64,000 bases of DNA. It comes from Clostridium sp. CAG:914. GTDB taxonomy: Bacteria; Bacillota_I; Bacilli_A; RF39; UBA660. The stretch lies in contig FR902135.1 of the NCBI GenBank assembly GCA_000437895.1, positions 25,925-89,924 on the forward strand. Direction: 5' to 3'. Both the position numbers and the translations under genes were made by a program. Below, in pieces: positions 47,554 to 57,119 of the stretch. The stretch's first letter is position 1. Every line of letters begins with the position of its first letter. The notes under the pieces were generated by a model. The model worked only from the letters and a program-made list of their open reading frames with translations, was not told the origin of the DNA and ran no database searches.

Positions 47554-48366
47554 ATGAAAAAAATAGTAGCAATTGGTGGTGGCGAAAATGGAAGATTTCT
47601 TGAGGATGGAAGTCAAACTATGTATGAAACAGAAATAATGGATGAAGAAATTATCAAATTAACTAACAAGAAGAATCCTAATTATTTGTTTCTTGCTCAT
47701 GCAATGTGTTTTTCCGATAAAATACAAGATAGTTATTATGAAACTATGAAGAAAATATATGGTGATAAATATGGATGTAGTTGTAAATGTTTAAAAGCAA
47801 GTGACCTGTATAATAAGAAATTTGTAAAAGAATTAGTAGATTGGGCAGATATTATTTACGAAGGCGGTGGCGATACAAAAGCCATGATAAAGCTTTGGAA
47901 AAAAACAGAATTTGATATTATATTAAGAGAAGCATGGAATAGTGGAAAGGTTATATGTGGTATTTCAGCAGGTGCAGTTTGTTGGTTTAATTCTTGTAAC
48001 TCAGATAATGAAGAGATGCAATTTGAATCTATAGAATGTTTAAATTGGTTTGATGTTTTTGTTACTCCACATTGTGATGAAGAGGGAAGATATGAGTCAA
48101 CTAAAAGTCAACTGAAAGAAAATAAAATGTTGGGGCTTATGTTATCTAATTGTTCGGCAATTGAAATTGTTGACGACAAATATAAAATAATTTCTTGTAA
48201 TGGTATTGGTAGAAATTTTGAAAAAGGGTATGTTTTAAAATGTTACTGGAAAAATAATAAATATTATGAAGAAAGGTTAGAAGAAAGTGATAAATATAAA
48301 ATGCTAAATGAATTATTTAGTACAAATATAATGAATTTAGAAAGTGAAGAAAGTAGTATAGATTAA
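47554..48366 (+). CDS. Peptidase S51 (dipeptidase E-like) family protein
   Basis: IVAIGGGENG, IYEGGGDTKAM and CGISAGAVCW (nucleophile Ser). Confidence 0.6.
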   Translation: MKKIVAIGGGENGRFLEDGSQTMYETEIMDEEIIKLTNKKNPNYLFLAHAMCFSDKIQDSYYETMKKIYGDKYGCSCKCLKASDLYNKKFVKELVDWADIIYEGGGDTKAMIKLWKKTEFDIILREAWNSGKVICGISAGAVCWFNSCNSDNEEMQFESIECLNWFDVFVTPHCDEEGRYESTKSQLKENKMLGLMLSNCSAIEIVDDKYKIISCNGIGRNFEKGYVLKCYWKNNKYYEERLEESDKYKMLNELFSTNIMNLESEESSID

Positions 48367-48439
48367 CATTTTATTAGAGAAATAATTTATTGTATTTCTA
48401 TATTGAGTATAATAATCAAATTAAAAAAGATTTAATTTA

Positions 48440-48500
48440 TAAATTTCTATGGTATTATTTCATTTATAAGTGATATCTTTTACTATAACAATATTTATAT
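48440..48500. repeat. Second, diverged copy of the element's right arm (attR-like)
   Basis: ggtattatttcatttataagtgatatcttttactataacaatatttatatataattaaac aligns at roughly 80% identity (by eye) with 45650-45708. Confidence 0.75.
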
Positions 48501-48544
48501 ATAATTAAACTAGTAGGATCTATGTAATATAGATCTTTTCTTTT
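48501..48544. repeat. 44-bp perfect direct repeat, copy B
   Basis: Identical to 46208-46251. Read with the preceding aaac it encodes K-L-V-G-S-M-stop, i.e. the last codons of dac. Confidence 0.95.
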
Positions 48545-48569
48545 CATAATATTTATTAAAGGAGATGTT

Positions 48570-49067
48570 ATGGAATTTAAAAGTGATTTACCTTATCCAA
48601 AGATAAGGGTAGAGAGACAAAATATTAATTATGCTACGAAATTATTAAATGATTATGCAGGGTATGTCTCTGAACTTAGTGCTATTCATTTGTATTCTTA
48701 TCAATCTTTTGTTAGTGATAAGTATAGGGAATACAAGGATATAATAATGAAAATTGCTGAGGTAGAAATGATACATCTTAGATTGCTTGGAGAAACAATT
48801 TATTTACTTGGTGGTGTTCCTGTTTTTGGTAGTGTTTCTGAAGATAAAATATTAAGATTATGGAATAGTGGTGAAATAATATATAATAGGGATTTAAAAA
48901 CAATGTTAAAAAGTGATATTGAGTCTGAAGAAATGGCTATTAAAAATTATAATGATAATCTTAGAGAAATAGACGATAAATATGTAAAAGAACTTATTGA
49001 AAGAATATTGATAGATGAAGAAATACATTTAGCTATTTTTAAAAGTTTATATAAAAAATATTTTTAA
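48570..49067 (+). CDS. Ferritin-like (rubrerythrin/Mn-catalase superfamily) protein
   Basis: 165 aa. LSAIHLYSYQ ... EVEMIHLRLLGE ... ESEEMAIKNY ... DEEIHLAIF, i.e. paired E..H motifs. Confidence 0.6.
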   Translation: MEFKSDLPYPKIRVERQNINYATKLLNDYAGYVSELSAIHLYSYQSFVSDKYREYKDIIMKIAEVEMIHLRLLGETIYLLGGVPVFGSVSEDKILRLWNSGEIIYNRDLKTMLKSDIESEEMAIKNYNDNLREIDDKYVKELIERILIDEEIHLAIFKSLYKKYF

Positions 49068-49152
49068 TGAATTTTTCTTGTTGATAATACTTTGTTTTAA
49101 TAGTATAATTTTATTTAGGAAATATATACTAAAATAAAGTAGGTGTGTTATT

Positions 49153-50304
49153 GTGAAATTTAGAGAATTAACTTGTGAAGAATTTAAAAAAATAGAAAAA
49201 AAACAAAAGAAATATAATTTTTATCAAACTGTATCGTGGGCTAATGTAAAGAAAACTACTGGATGGGAAAGTTATTATGTTGGTGTTTTTGATGGTAAAA
49301 AGAATTTGGGTATTGCACTTCTTTTGGCAAAAAAAATATTAAATAAAAAAATGTTTTATATTCCAAGAGGACCTTTATTAGATTATGATGATTTTTCTTT
49401 ATTAGAGTTCTTTTTTAATAATTTGAAATTATTTGTTAGAAGTAAGGGTGGTTTTACTATTAAGATAGATCCATATATTCTTTATCAAGAACATGATAGG
49501 GATGGTAATTCGATAGGGGAATCTAATGATATAATTATATCTCAATTAAAGTCTTTAGGTTTTGTTCATAGAGGGTTTACAATAGGATATACTGATGAGG
49601 CACAGTTTAGGTGGTCGTATGTTTTAAATATTAAAGATAAGAAATTTGATGATTTAAAAAAAGATATGAATCAAAGATGTAGAAGATGTTTGAAAATGTG
49701 TTATAAATATCCTTTGGTAGTTAGAGAGGTAAATGAGGATAATTTTATAGAATTTAAAAAAATTATGGAACATACTGCTAATAGACAAAATCATTTTGAT
49801 AGGTCAATGGATTATTATAAAAATTTGGCTAAATATCTTGGTGATGACGTTGTTATGGTTATAGTTTATTTGGATAAGGAAAAATACTTAGAGGAATTTA
49901 AGGATGATAAACTTTATGAAGAAATAAAAAAAGAGCAGTCAGAATTTGTGCCTATTACGGCAGGAGTATTTATGTATGATTGGGATAGGTTAAATTATGC
50001 TTATGGTGGTACATATTCTAAATATATGCATTTTATGGCTCAATATAGGATGCAATTTGAGATGATAAAAAGAGCAATGGAAAAGAAATTACCTCTATAT
50101 GACTTTGGTGGTATATCTGGTGACTTTAATCCTGATAGTGATAATTATGGTGTATATGAATTTAAAAGAGGCTTTGGTGGTAATGTTGTTGAATATATAG
50201 GGGAGTTTGATTTAGTTGTTGATAAATTATTTAACTCTTTTTATAAATTTATGTTTAAAACTTATAGAGGAATTAAAAAAATTAGGGCTTCAATAAAAAA
50301 ATAG
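49153..50304 (+). CDS. FemAB-family peptidoglycan interpeptide-bridge aminoacyltransferase
   Basis: 383 aa, GTG start. FYQTVSWANVK, YIPRGP, and the C-terminal YDFGGISG...GVYEFKRGFGG. Confidence 0.7.
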   Translation: MKFRELTCEEFKKIEKKQKKYNFYQTVSWANVKKTTGWESYYVGVFDGKKNLGIALLLAKKILNKKMFYIPRGPLLDYDDFSLLEFFFNNLKLFVRSKGGFTIKIDPYILYQEHDRDGNSIGESNDIIISQLKSLGFVHRGFTIGYTDEAQFRWSYVLNIKDKKFDDLKKDMNQRCRRCLKMCYKYPLVVREVNEDNFIEFKKIMEHTANRQNHFDRSMDYYKNLAKYLGDDVVMVIVYLDKEKYLEEFKDDKLYEEIKKEQSEFVPITAGVFMYDWDRLNYAYGGTYSKYMHFMAQYRMQFEMIKRAMEKKLPLYDFGGISGDFNPDSDNYGVYEFKRGFGGNVVEYIGEFDLVVDKLFNSFYKFMFKTYRGIKKIRASIKK

Positions 50305-50317
50305 GATATTTGTTATC

Positions 50318-50518
50318 CTATTTTTCGTCTAAGTCTTTAGTAAGTATGCCTATATTTATTAGGCCTGAAGCCATGACTAATACATAGACTATTCTAGTTA
50401 GTAGTGATCCATCTCCTAGAAGATATTCTACTAAATTGAAATTGAATAATCCTACTAAACCCCAGTTGATACATCCAATTATACTTAAGACTAATGTTGT
50501 TTTAAATAGTGCATTCAT
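50318..50518 (-). CDS. DUF378-type small membrane protein
   Basis: 66 aa. IGCINWGLVGLFNFNLVEYLLG. Confidence 0.6.
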   Translation of the reverse strand: MNALFKTTLVLSIIGCINWGLVGLFNFNLVEYLLGDGSLLTRIVYVLVMASGLINIGILTKDLDEK

Positions 50519-50629
50519 ATATTCCTCCTTATATAATTATATTTTGGACAAAAAAGATAAAATTATTCATCATAATAGTAAAATAATTCCATATACTTCA
50601 ATAGAAAAGATTAAATAAGAGGTGAAATA

Positions 50630-51655
50630 ATGAAAAAAATCTTTTTGGGTATATTTTTATGTTTAATATTTTTGACTGGATGTGGTAAGAAAAGTGAGGG
50701 AGATGTACTTAAGTCATATACTTCTGCTGTTGAAAAAGCTAAATCGTATTATTTAAATGGTAAGATGGAATTAGTTAATAATGAAGATGTATATACATAT
50801 GATATTTCTGTTTCTTATGAAGCTGATGATAATTATAAGATAGAACTTGTAAATACTGTTAATAATCATGAACAAGTTATTTTGAGAAATTCAGAAGGTG
50901 TCTATGTTGTTACTCCGTCATTAAATAAAAGTTTTAAGTTTCAAAGTGATTGGCCTTATAATAATTCACAGGTATATTTGTTATCTAGCTTGTTAGATGA
51001 TATTAATAATGATGAAGAAAGAGTTTTTGAAACTAAAGATAATGAATATGTTTTTACTACTAGGGTTAATTATCCAAATAGTCCAAAATTAGAAAAACAA
51101 AAAATATATTTTAATGCAAATAATTTGCCTACTAGGGTAGAAGTTTTAGACAAAGATGGTAATGTGGAAATTAAGATGGTATTTAATAAAATAGATTTAA
51201 AAGCAGATTTTAATGATACATATTTTGATTTAAGTTCAATTTTAGATACGGAAGTTAAAGAAGAGAAGAATGAAGAACAACAAAATACAGAAACTGAAAC
51301 AAAAGAGACAGCTACAATCGATGATATAATTTATCCAATGTATTTACCTACTAATACTTATTTGGCTAATCAGGAAAAAGTAAAGGTAGATAATGGAGAG
51401 AGACTTATATTGACATTTGCTGGTGATAGTTCTTTCGTTTTGGTAGAGGAAACGGTTTCTATAACTAATAGTCCTGAAATAATACCAACATATGGAGAAG
51501 TTGAACTTATTGGTGCTTCACTTGCAGTTATAAATGATAATTCAGCTAATTGGTTTAGTAATGGTATAGAATATTATGTGGTTAGTGATACAATGGATTC
51601 TTCTGAAATTTTAGAAGTAGCCAAGTCAATAAGTGTTTTACCTGTTGGTAAGTAG
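50630..51655 (+). CDS. Lipoprotein (LolA-fold/DUF4367-like?)
   Basis: Lipobox FLTGC; 341 aa. Confidence 0.45.
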   Translation: MKKIFLGIFLCLIFLTGCGKKSEGDVLKSYTSAVEKAKSYYLNGKMELVNNEDVYTYDISVSYEADDNYKIELVNTVNNHEQVILRNSEGVYVVTPSLNKSFKFQSDWPYNNSQVYLLSSLLDDINNDEERVFETKDNEYVFTTRVNYPNSPKLEKQKIYFNANNLPTRVEVLDKDGNVEIKMVFNKIDLKADFNDTYFDLSSILDTEVKEEKNEEQQNTETETKETATIDDIIYPMYLPTNTYLANQEKVKVDNGERLILTFAGDSSFVLVEETVSITNSPEIIPTYGEVELIGASLAVINDNSANWFSNGIEYYVVSDTMDSSEILEVAKSISVLPVGK

Positions 51656-51774
51656 TTGTTTAAAGAGCTAAATTAATTTTTAGCTTTTTTTTATTATAAT
51701 TATTATAAAAAAATTATTTCATTAATTTACTTCTTTTTGTATAAATGGTAAAATTATATAGTAAGGTGAATTAT

Positions 51775-52686
51775 ATGAATAAGAATATTGTATATAATAA
51801 GACTGATAGTATAGAAATGGATATTTTTTATGAAACGAATGGAAGTAATCTTTCTTTGAAAAGCGTTGCAAAAAAGAAGAAAAAATGGAAAAAATGGGTT
51901 TTGATATTTTTAACTTTGGTGTTTATTGTTGTTTTGGTTTATTCTCTTTTAAAGATATTATTTTGGTTTAAAGATAATATGGATATGTCTTCTGTAATTA
52001 AAGAAATTTCTGAAAATATAGAAGTAGAAGAGGTTATTGATGATGAGAATACTGAACTAGTTAATGAAGAGGAAGATGAGTTAAGTGATTATTGGTATTA
52101 TATTACTTTTCCTTTAATTAATGTTGACATAGGAAATTTAAAGGTTAAAAATAAAGATACTGTTGGTTGGATAAATGTTAATAATACTAATATTAATTAT
52201 CCTTTTGTACAGGCTAATGATAATTATTATTATTTAAATCATTCATTTGATAATAGTGTAAATAAGGCTGGATGGGTATTTTTAGATTATCGTAATGATA
52301 ATGATTTATCTGATAAGAATAATATTATTTATGCTCATAGTAGACTTGATAAAACTATGTTTGGTTCACTTAATGATACATTAAAATATAGTTGGTATAG
52401 TAATAAAGATAATCATATTATTAAAATATCTACAGAAAAAGAAAATACTTTATGGCAAATATTTTCAGTTTACAAAATACCTGTTGAAAGTTATTATATT
52501 ACAACTGATTTTTTAAATGATAGTGCATTTGAAGATTTTCTTGATGTAATAAAGAAAAGAAGTGTATTTGATTTTAATACTAATTTGACTAAAGATGATA
52601 GGATTCTTACGTTAAGTACGTGTTATTCTGATAAGGAGAGAACGGTAATACATGCTAAGTTAATTAAAAGAAGTTTATCAAATTAG
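51775..52686 (+). CDS. Class B-type sortase
   Basis: N-terminal TM helix, INYPFVQANDNYYYLNHSF, IIYAHS (His), LTLSTC (Cys) and ERTVIHAKL (Arg). ATG at 51775 follows aaggtg. Confidence 0.75.
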   Translation: MNKNIVYNKTDSIEMDIFYETNGSNLSLKSVAKKKKKWKKWVLIFLTLVFIVVLVYSLLKILFWFKDNMDMSSVIKEISENIEVEEVIDDENTELVNEEEDELSDYWYYITFPLINVDIGNLKVKNKDTVGWINVNNTNINYPFVQANDNYYYLNHSFDNSVNKAGWVFLDYRNDNDLSDKNNIIYAHSRLDKTMFGSLNDTLKYSWYSNKDNHIIKISTEKENTLWQIFSVYKIPVESYYITTDFLNDSAFEDFLDVIKKRSVFDFNTNLTKDDRILTLSTCYSDKERTVIHAKLIKRSLSN

Positions 52687-52769
52687 AAGAATTTAAAAAA
52701 AATACTATAAAAAAATAGAAAAATATGATACACTATATAAAGAATAGGTAATAAGAAGGAAGTGATAGT

Positions 52770-54470
52770 ATGGATAAAAAAATGATTTTTATTGTTATTT
52801 CTTTGTTGCTTTTTATCGTGCTTATTATTTCTTTTGCTATATATAAAAAGAAGAAAAAAGAGAAGTATAAATCTATTATAGAGAAATTAGAGTATGAGAA
52901 AAATCAGTTGGTTGGTGTACCTATATTGACTGAATTATCTAAGGTTCGTGAATTGGTTAAGACAGATATTTTAAAAGAAAAATTAAAAGAATGGGATAAT
53001 ACTTTTAAGGAAATTAAAGAAAATAAAATAGATGGTTTAACAGATTTTATTACAGAAACTGATTTTTTGATTGATAGAAAAGAGTATGATAAAGCATTAA
53101 AAAATATTGCTTTGATTGAGATGAATATAGAGATTATTAGAAGTCAAACTAATGAACTTATTGAAGAAATTAGGGTTATAACCAAGTCTGAAGAAAGAAA
53201 TAGAAATATTGTTACTAAGCTTAAAGTTTCATATAGGGAAATAGAAAATAAGTTTGAGAGAAATATTAAAGATTATGGCCCTTTACAAGATAATATTAAG
53301 GAAAAACTTTCTTATATTGATAAATTGTTTAGAAAGTTTGAAACATTTATGGATAGGAATGATTATATTGGTGTTGAAGAAGTGGTTATATCTTTAGAAA
53401 CTGAAGTAAAAAATATGAAAGTTTATATTGATGAGACACCATATTTAGTACTTATGGCTACGGTTCTTATTCCTGGTAAAATTGAGGAATTAAATACTAT
53501 GTATTATAGAATGACTAGGGATGGGTATTCTTTGGATTATTTAAATATTGAGTATAATATTAAAGAAATAAAAACTAAGGTATCTGAGATAGTTGATAAT
53601 TTAATTAAGTTTGAAATAGGGGATGCTCATATTGAATTAAAGACAATGTTAGATTATTTTAATACTTTGTTTTCTAATTTTGATAAAGAAAGGGAAGCTA
53701 AGGATTTATTTAAAGAGAATATTAAGAAATTTAAATATAAATTAGATTCTATTAATAAGATAGTATATGATATTTACATTCAGATAGATGATATAAAGAA
53801 TACTTATGATTTATCTGATGATGAAATAAATAAATTTGGTGTTATTAATAAGTCTTTAGAAAAGATAAGTGAGGATTATAAAACTTTGTATGAACATGGT
53901 AAGGGTAGAACTTTTGCTTATTCTAAACTTGTTGTTGAGTTAGAAGGACTTACTAATAAGTTAAATAGATTACAAGATGATTTGGATTATAGGCTTAAGT
54001 CAATTACTAGTATGAAAGATGATGAGTATAGGGCTAAAGAACAGTATGTTATGATACAGAAATTGTTGTTGCAGGCTAAGGCTAAATTAAAAGAATATAA
54101 GATTCCAATTATTCCTAATAGTTATTTTATTGAATTTAAGGAAGCAGATGAAGCTATTAGGGAGATAGTTAAAGAAATTAATAAGAAACCTATTGTTATT
54201 AAAATATTAAATATTAGGGTAGATACAGCAAGAGATTTGGTTTTTAAAATATATAATAAGACTAATGATATGGTAAAAACAGTTATGTTGTGTGAAAGAT
54301 TAATAGTATATGGTAATAGGTATAGAAGTAGTTATCAAGAAGTTGATGTTAATATTGATGAAGCTACTGATTTATTTAATAGGGGACAATATAAAAAATC
54401 TTTGGATATATTAGTTAGTACTTTATCTGAAATTGATACTTCTATTAAAGATAGATTTGAAATTAATTAG
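52770..54470 (+). CDS. ezrA: Septation ring formation regulator EzrA
   Basis: 566 aa. N-terminal TM helix, long coiled coils, and a typical EzrA layout (..GVPILTEL..K.W...). Confidence 0.8.
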   Translation: MDKKMIFIVISLLLFIVLIISFAIYKKKKKEKYKSIIEKLEYEKNQLVGVPILTELSKVRELVKTDILKEKLKEWDNTFKEIKENKIDGLTDFITETDFLIDRKEYDKALKNIALIEMNIEIIRSQTNELIEEIRVITKSEERNRNIVTKLKVSYREIENKFERNIKDYGPLQDNIKEKLSYIDKLFRKFETFMDRNDYIGVEEVVISLETEVKNMKVYIDETPYLVLMATVLIPGKIEELNTMYYRMTRDGYSLDYLNIEYNIKEIKTKVSEIVDNLIKFEIGDAHIELKTMLDYFNTLFSNFDKEREAKDLFKENIKKFKYKLDSINKIVYDIYIQIDDIKNTYDLSDDEINKFGVINKSLEKISEDYKTLYEHGKGRTFAYSKLVVELEGLTNKLNRLQDDLDYRLKSITSMKDDEYRAKEQYVMIQKLLLQAKAKLKEYKIPIIPNSYFIEFKEADEAIREIVKEINKKPIVIKILNIRVDTARDLVFKIYNKTNDMVKTVMLCERLIVYGNRYRSSYQEVDVNIDEATDLFNRGQYKKSLDILVSTLSEIDTSIKDRFEIN

Positions 54471-54536
54471 AATGTTTATTTACAAAGTGATAGTTTTATG
54501 ATATTATTTTATTAGAATATGAGGGTGATTAAAAAG

Positions 54537-55589
54537 ATGAATATAGTTGAATTTATAAAAGATAATTATATATGGTTTTTGGTAATAATACTTATTGCAA
54601 TTATTACTGTAATTGGTTTTTTAGCTGATAAAAATAATGGTAAGAAAAAAGGAAAAAATATAAAAGAAGAGAGTAATAATCCTGTTAACAAAGGAAATCT
54701 TTCTATGCAAGTTCAACCTAATAATATTAATAATTCTTTAAATACTATGGCTCCTCCTAGTAATTTAGAAATTAATAATATTCCAAGTAATTCTAATTTA
54801 CAAGGAAATACTGTGCCACAACCTTTAAATGTTCAACCGATTAATACTATGGTTTCTAACCAAGAGCCTATGGTTAATAATATGACTATGCCTAGTTATG
54901 ATAATTCTAAATCTAATAATGTTAATGTAAGTACAAATTTTAATCAATTAGATAAAACGGTTAATCCGATACCTAATTTTGAAAATATAAATCAACCGGT
55001 AAGTTCAATACCAAACTTTGGATCGACAAATCAATCAGTAAGTCCTATACCAAATTTTGGACAGGCTGTAGTTCAAGAACCAGTTTCTAATTTAGGTAGT
55101 GTAACTCCTATAATGAATCAAGTTCCAAATTTTGAGCAACCAGTACAACAGGTAAATCCAATTCCAAATTTTGGTCAAGTAAACCAATCCGTAGTTCAGG
55201 AGCCAGTACCAAATTTAAGTAGTGTAACTCCTATAATGAATCAGGTTCCAAATTTTGAACAACCTATGCAGCAAATAAATCCAGTACCTAATTTTAATCA
55301 GGTAAACCAATCTGGCGTTCAGGAACCAGTCTCTAATTTAGGTAATGTAACTCCTATAGTGAATCAAGTTCCAAATTTTGAACAACCTATGCAGCAAGTA
55401 AATCCAGTACCTAATTTTTCTTATCAAACTGTAAATAATAATAGTTCTTTAGATGCTCAGTCAATTACGCAGCCAAATAATCAAAATATTGGTGTTCCTA
55501 ATGCTGTTAATCAAGATATGGTAAATCCTACTATGAATAGTGGTGGTTTTGTCTATAGTCCACAACAAAATAATAATGGTGGTGTATAA
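54537..55589 (+). CDS. Membrane-anchored Asn/Pro/Gln-rich repeat protein (PNF repeats)
   Basis: TM helix near the N-terminus followed by at least nine (I/V)PNF motifs. ATG at 54537 follows gagggtg. Confidence 0.6.
   Translation: MNIVEFIKDNYIWFLVIILIAIITVIGFLADKNNGKKKGKNIKEESNNPVNKGNLSMQVQPNNINNSLNTMAPPSNLEINNIPSNSNLQGNTVPQPLNVQPINTMVSNQEPMVNNMTMPSYDNSKSNNVNVSTNFNQLDKTVNPIPNFENINQPVSSIPNFGSTNQSVSPIPNFGQAVVQEPVSNLGSVTPIMNQVPNFEQPVQQVNPIPNFGQVNQSVVQEPVPNLSSVTPIMNQVPNFEQPMQQINPVPNFNQVNQSGVQEPVSNLGNVTPIVNQVPNFEQPMQQVNPVPNFSYQTVNNNSSLDAQSITQPNNQNIGVPNAVNQDMVNPTMNSGGFVYSPQQNNNGGV
55071..55425 (+). repeat. Tandem 123-bp (41-aa) coding repeat, about 2.9 copies
   Basis: Units start at 55071, 55194 and 55317, each beginning VQEPV.NL..VTPI.NQVPNFEQP.QQ.NP.PNF. 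Confidence 0.85.
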
Positions 55590-55590
55590 A

Positions 55591-55905
55591 ATGAATGAAT
55601 CGGCAAATAATAATCAATTTAACGGTATGAATACTAATAATGGTACATACAACAATCAAAACTTTAGTGTTCAAGATAATAATACTTCTCAAAATACAAA
55701 TGTTACTACTAATGTGTATTCTGATAATGGAACTAATATTATAAATGATAGTACAGTGTATAATAAACCTGTTACAAATAAAAAGAAGACAGTTAGGATA
55801 TCTTCAGAAATGAAAGTTTTTATGGTAATTATTGTAATATTATTTGTTGCTATAATGTTTTTGCCATCTATTTACGATTTATTTAGTAAGTTGTTTAATC
55901 ATTAA
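55591..55905 (+). CDS. Asn-rich tail-anchored membrane protein
   Basis: ATG at 55591, directly after the upstream stop. The single TM helix is at the C-terminus (VFMVIIVILFVAIMFL). Confidence 0.5.
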   Translation: MNESANNNQFNGMNTNNGTYNNQNFSVQDNNTSQNTNVTTNVYSDNGTNIINDSTVYNKPVTNKKKTVRISSEMKVFMVIIVILFVAIMFLPSIYDLFSKLFNH

Positions 55906-56200
55906 TCACAGATAGTTTTACTATTAAATCGTAGTTGTCATCATTTGCTATAATATTTTTATGTATTTTATTACAAGATGTACACTTATAAATTATTTTA
56001 TAAGTGTTTTTAAATTTTTCTATTCCTATGGGTTCTAGTAATCCTTTACATGTATTTTTTCTATCTCCTGGTAAAATATCAACGTGTTTTGAGTATAAGC
56101 AATATGGACAATGATCTCTTGCTGTATAGTTTAATTTATTTACTTTTTGGTGGCAATTTTCACATATAAATTCTTCATCTATCATATTAAATCTTTTCAT
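55895..56200 (-). CDS. RNHCP domain protein (Zn-ribbon)
   Basis: FICENCHQKV...ARDHCPYCLYSKHVD...YKCTSCNK. Confidence 0.7.
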   Translation of the reverse strand: MKRFNMIDEEFICENCHQKVNKLNYTARDHCPYCLYSKHVDILPGDRKNTCKGLLEPIGIEKFKNTYKIIYKCTSCNKIHKNIIANDDNYDLIVKLSVIND

Positions 56201-56326
56201 ACTTTTACTCCTTTTAATTAAATGATATCAATCATAATTTTTTTTGTCAATAAAAATAAAAAATAATATAATTTGGTATTGTCAAAGATAAATAAATGTG
56301 TTATATTTATATTGCACTTGATTTAT

Positions 56327-56403
56327 GGCGAGATAGCTCAGTTGGCTAGAGCATACGGTTCATACCCGTAGGGTCGAGGGTTCGAATCCCCCTCTCGCTA
56401 CCA
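56327..56403 (+). tRNA. tRNA with CAT anticodon, elongator tRNA-Met-like (tRNA-Ile2 not excluded)
   Basis: Cloverleaf: D arm gctc/gagc, anticodon arm tacgg-ttCATac-ccgta, T arm with gttcgaatc, encoded CCA end. No GGG/CCC initiator signature. Confidence 0.9.
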
Positions 56404-56415
56404 ATTATGTTATTT

Positions 56416-56442
56416 ACTAGATATAGAATATCTAGTTTTTTT
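56416..56442 (+). terminator. Rho-independent terminator after the tRNA
   Basis: Stem actagata/tatctagt followed by ttttttt. Confidence 0.7.
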
Positions 56443-56614
56443 ATTAAAAAAAGTTATTGTAGATTATTTTAAAAGTATATGTTAATATATAAATAGAATT
56501 AAGTTATTATCTGATTTAATTTAAGTTTAGGAATATCTATTATGTTCGTACTGATATAGAATATACTTGGATATTATGTTCAAGTTTTTATTTAAAAAAG
56601 GGTGGAGTATAAAT

Positions 56615-57085
56615 ATGAATGAAAAGTTAGTTGTAGAAAAATTAATACAAAGAGGGGAAACTATTTCTTCTATGGAATCATGTACAGGTGGTTATTTTGC
56701 AAGTACTATTACTTGTGTGAGTGGTTCATCTAAGGTTCTTGAATTTTCAGCTGTTACTTATTCTAATGAATACAAAATTAAGATGGGTGTTAATAGAACT
56801 ACAATAGATATGTATTCTGTCTATAGTAGTGAAGTGGCTGGGGAAATGGCTAAGTGCATTAGTGAATTTTCTAAGAGTAGTTATGGAGTAGGGATTACTG
56901 GTAAAATAAATGAGGTTGATCCTAATAACTTAGTTGGTGCTAATAATATAGTATATGTTTCGATTTATTGTGCTAAGGATAATAATTTTATTGATATGGA
57001 GTTAGTTGTTCCTTCAGATAGTAGGAAAAAAGTTAAGGAATTTATTGTAGATAATATATTAAAAAAATTATTAGAAATATTATAA
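56615..57085 (+). CDS. CinA C-terminal domain protein (nicotinamide-nucleotide amidase PncC-like)
   Basis: ISSMESCTGGYFAS and VGITG. ATG at 56615 follows gggtggag. Confidence 0.8.
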   Translation: MNEKLVVEKLIQRGETISSMESCTGGYFASTITCVSGSSKVLEFSAVTYSNEYKIKMGVNRTTIDMYSVYSSEVAGEMAKCISEFSKSSYGVGITGKINEVDPNNLVGANNIVYVSIYCAKDNNFIDMELVVPSDSRKKVKEFIVDNILKKLLEIL

Positions 57086-57090
57086 AAATA

Positions 57091-57116
57091 AAAAAGAATA
57101 TTGTGTATTCTTTTTT
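57091..57116. terminator. Bidirectional terminator
   Basis: aaaaagaata-ttgtg-tattcttttt. Confidence 0.6.
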
Positions 57117-57119
57117 ATT

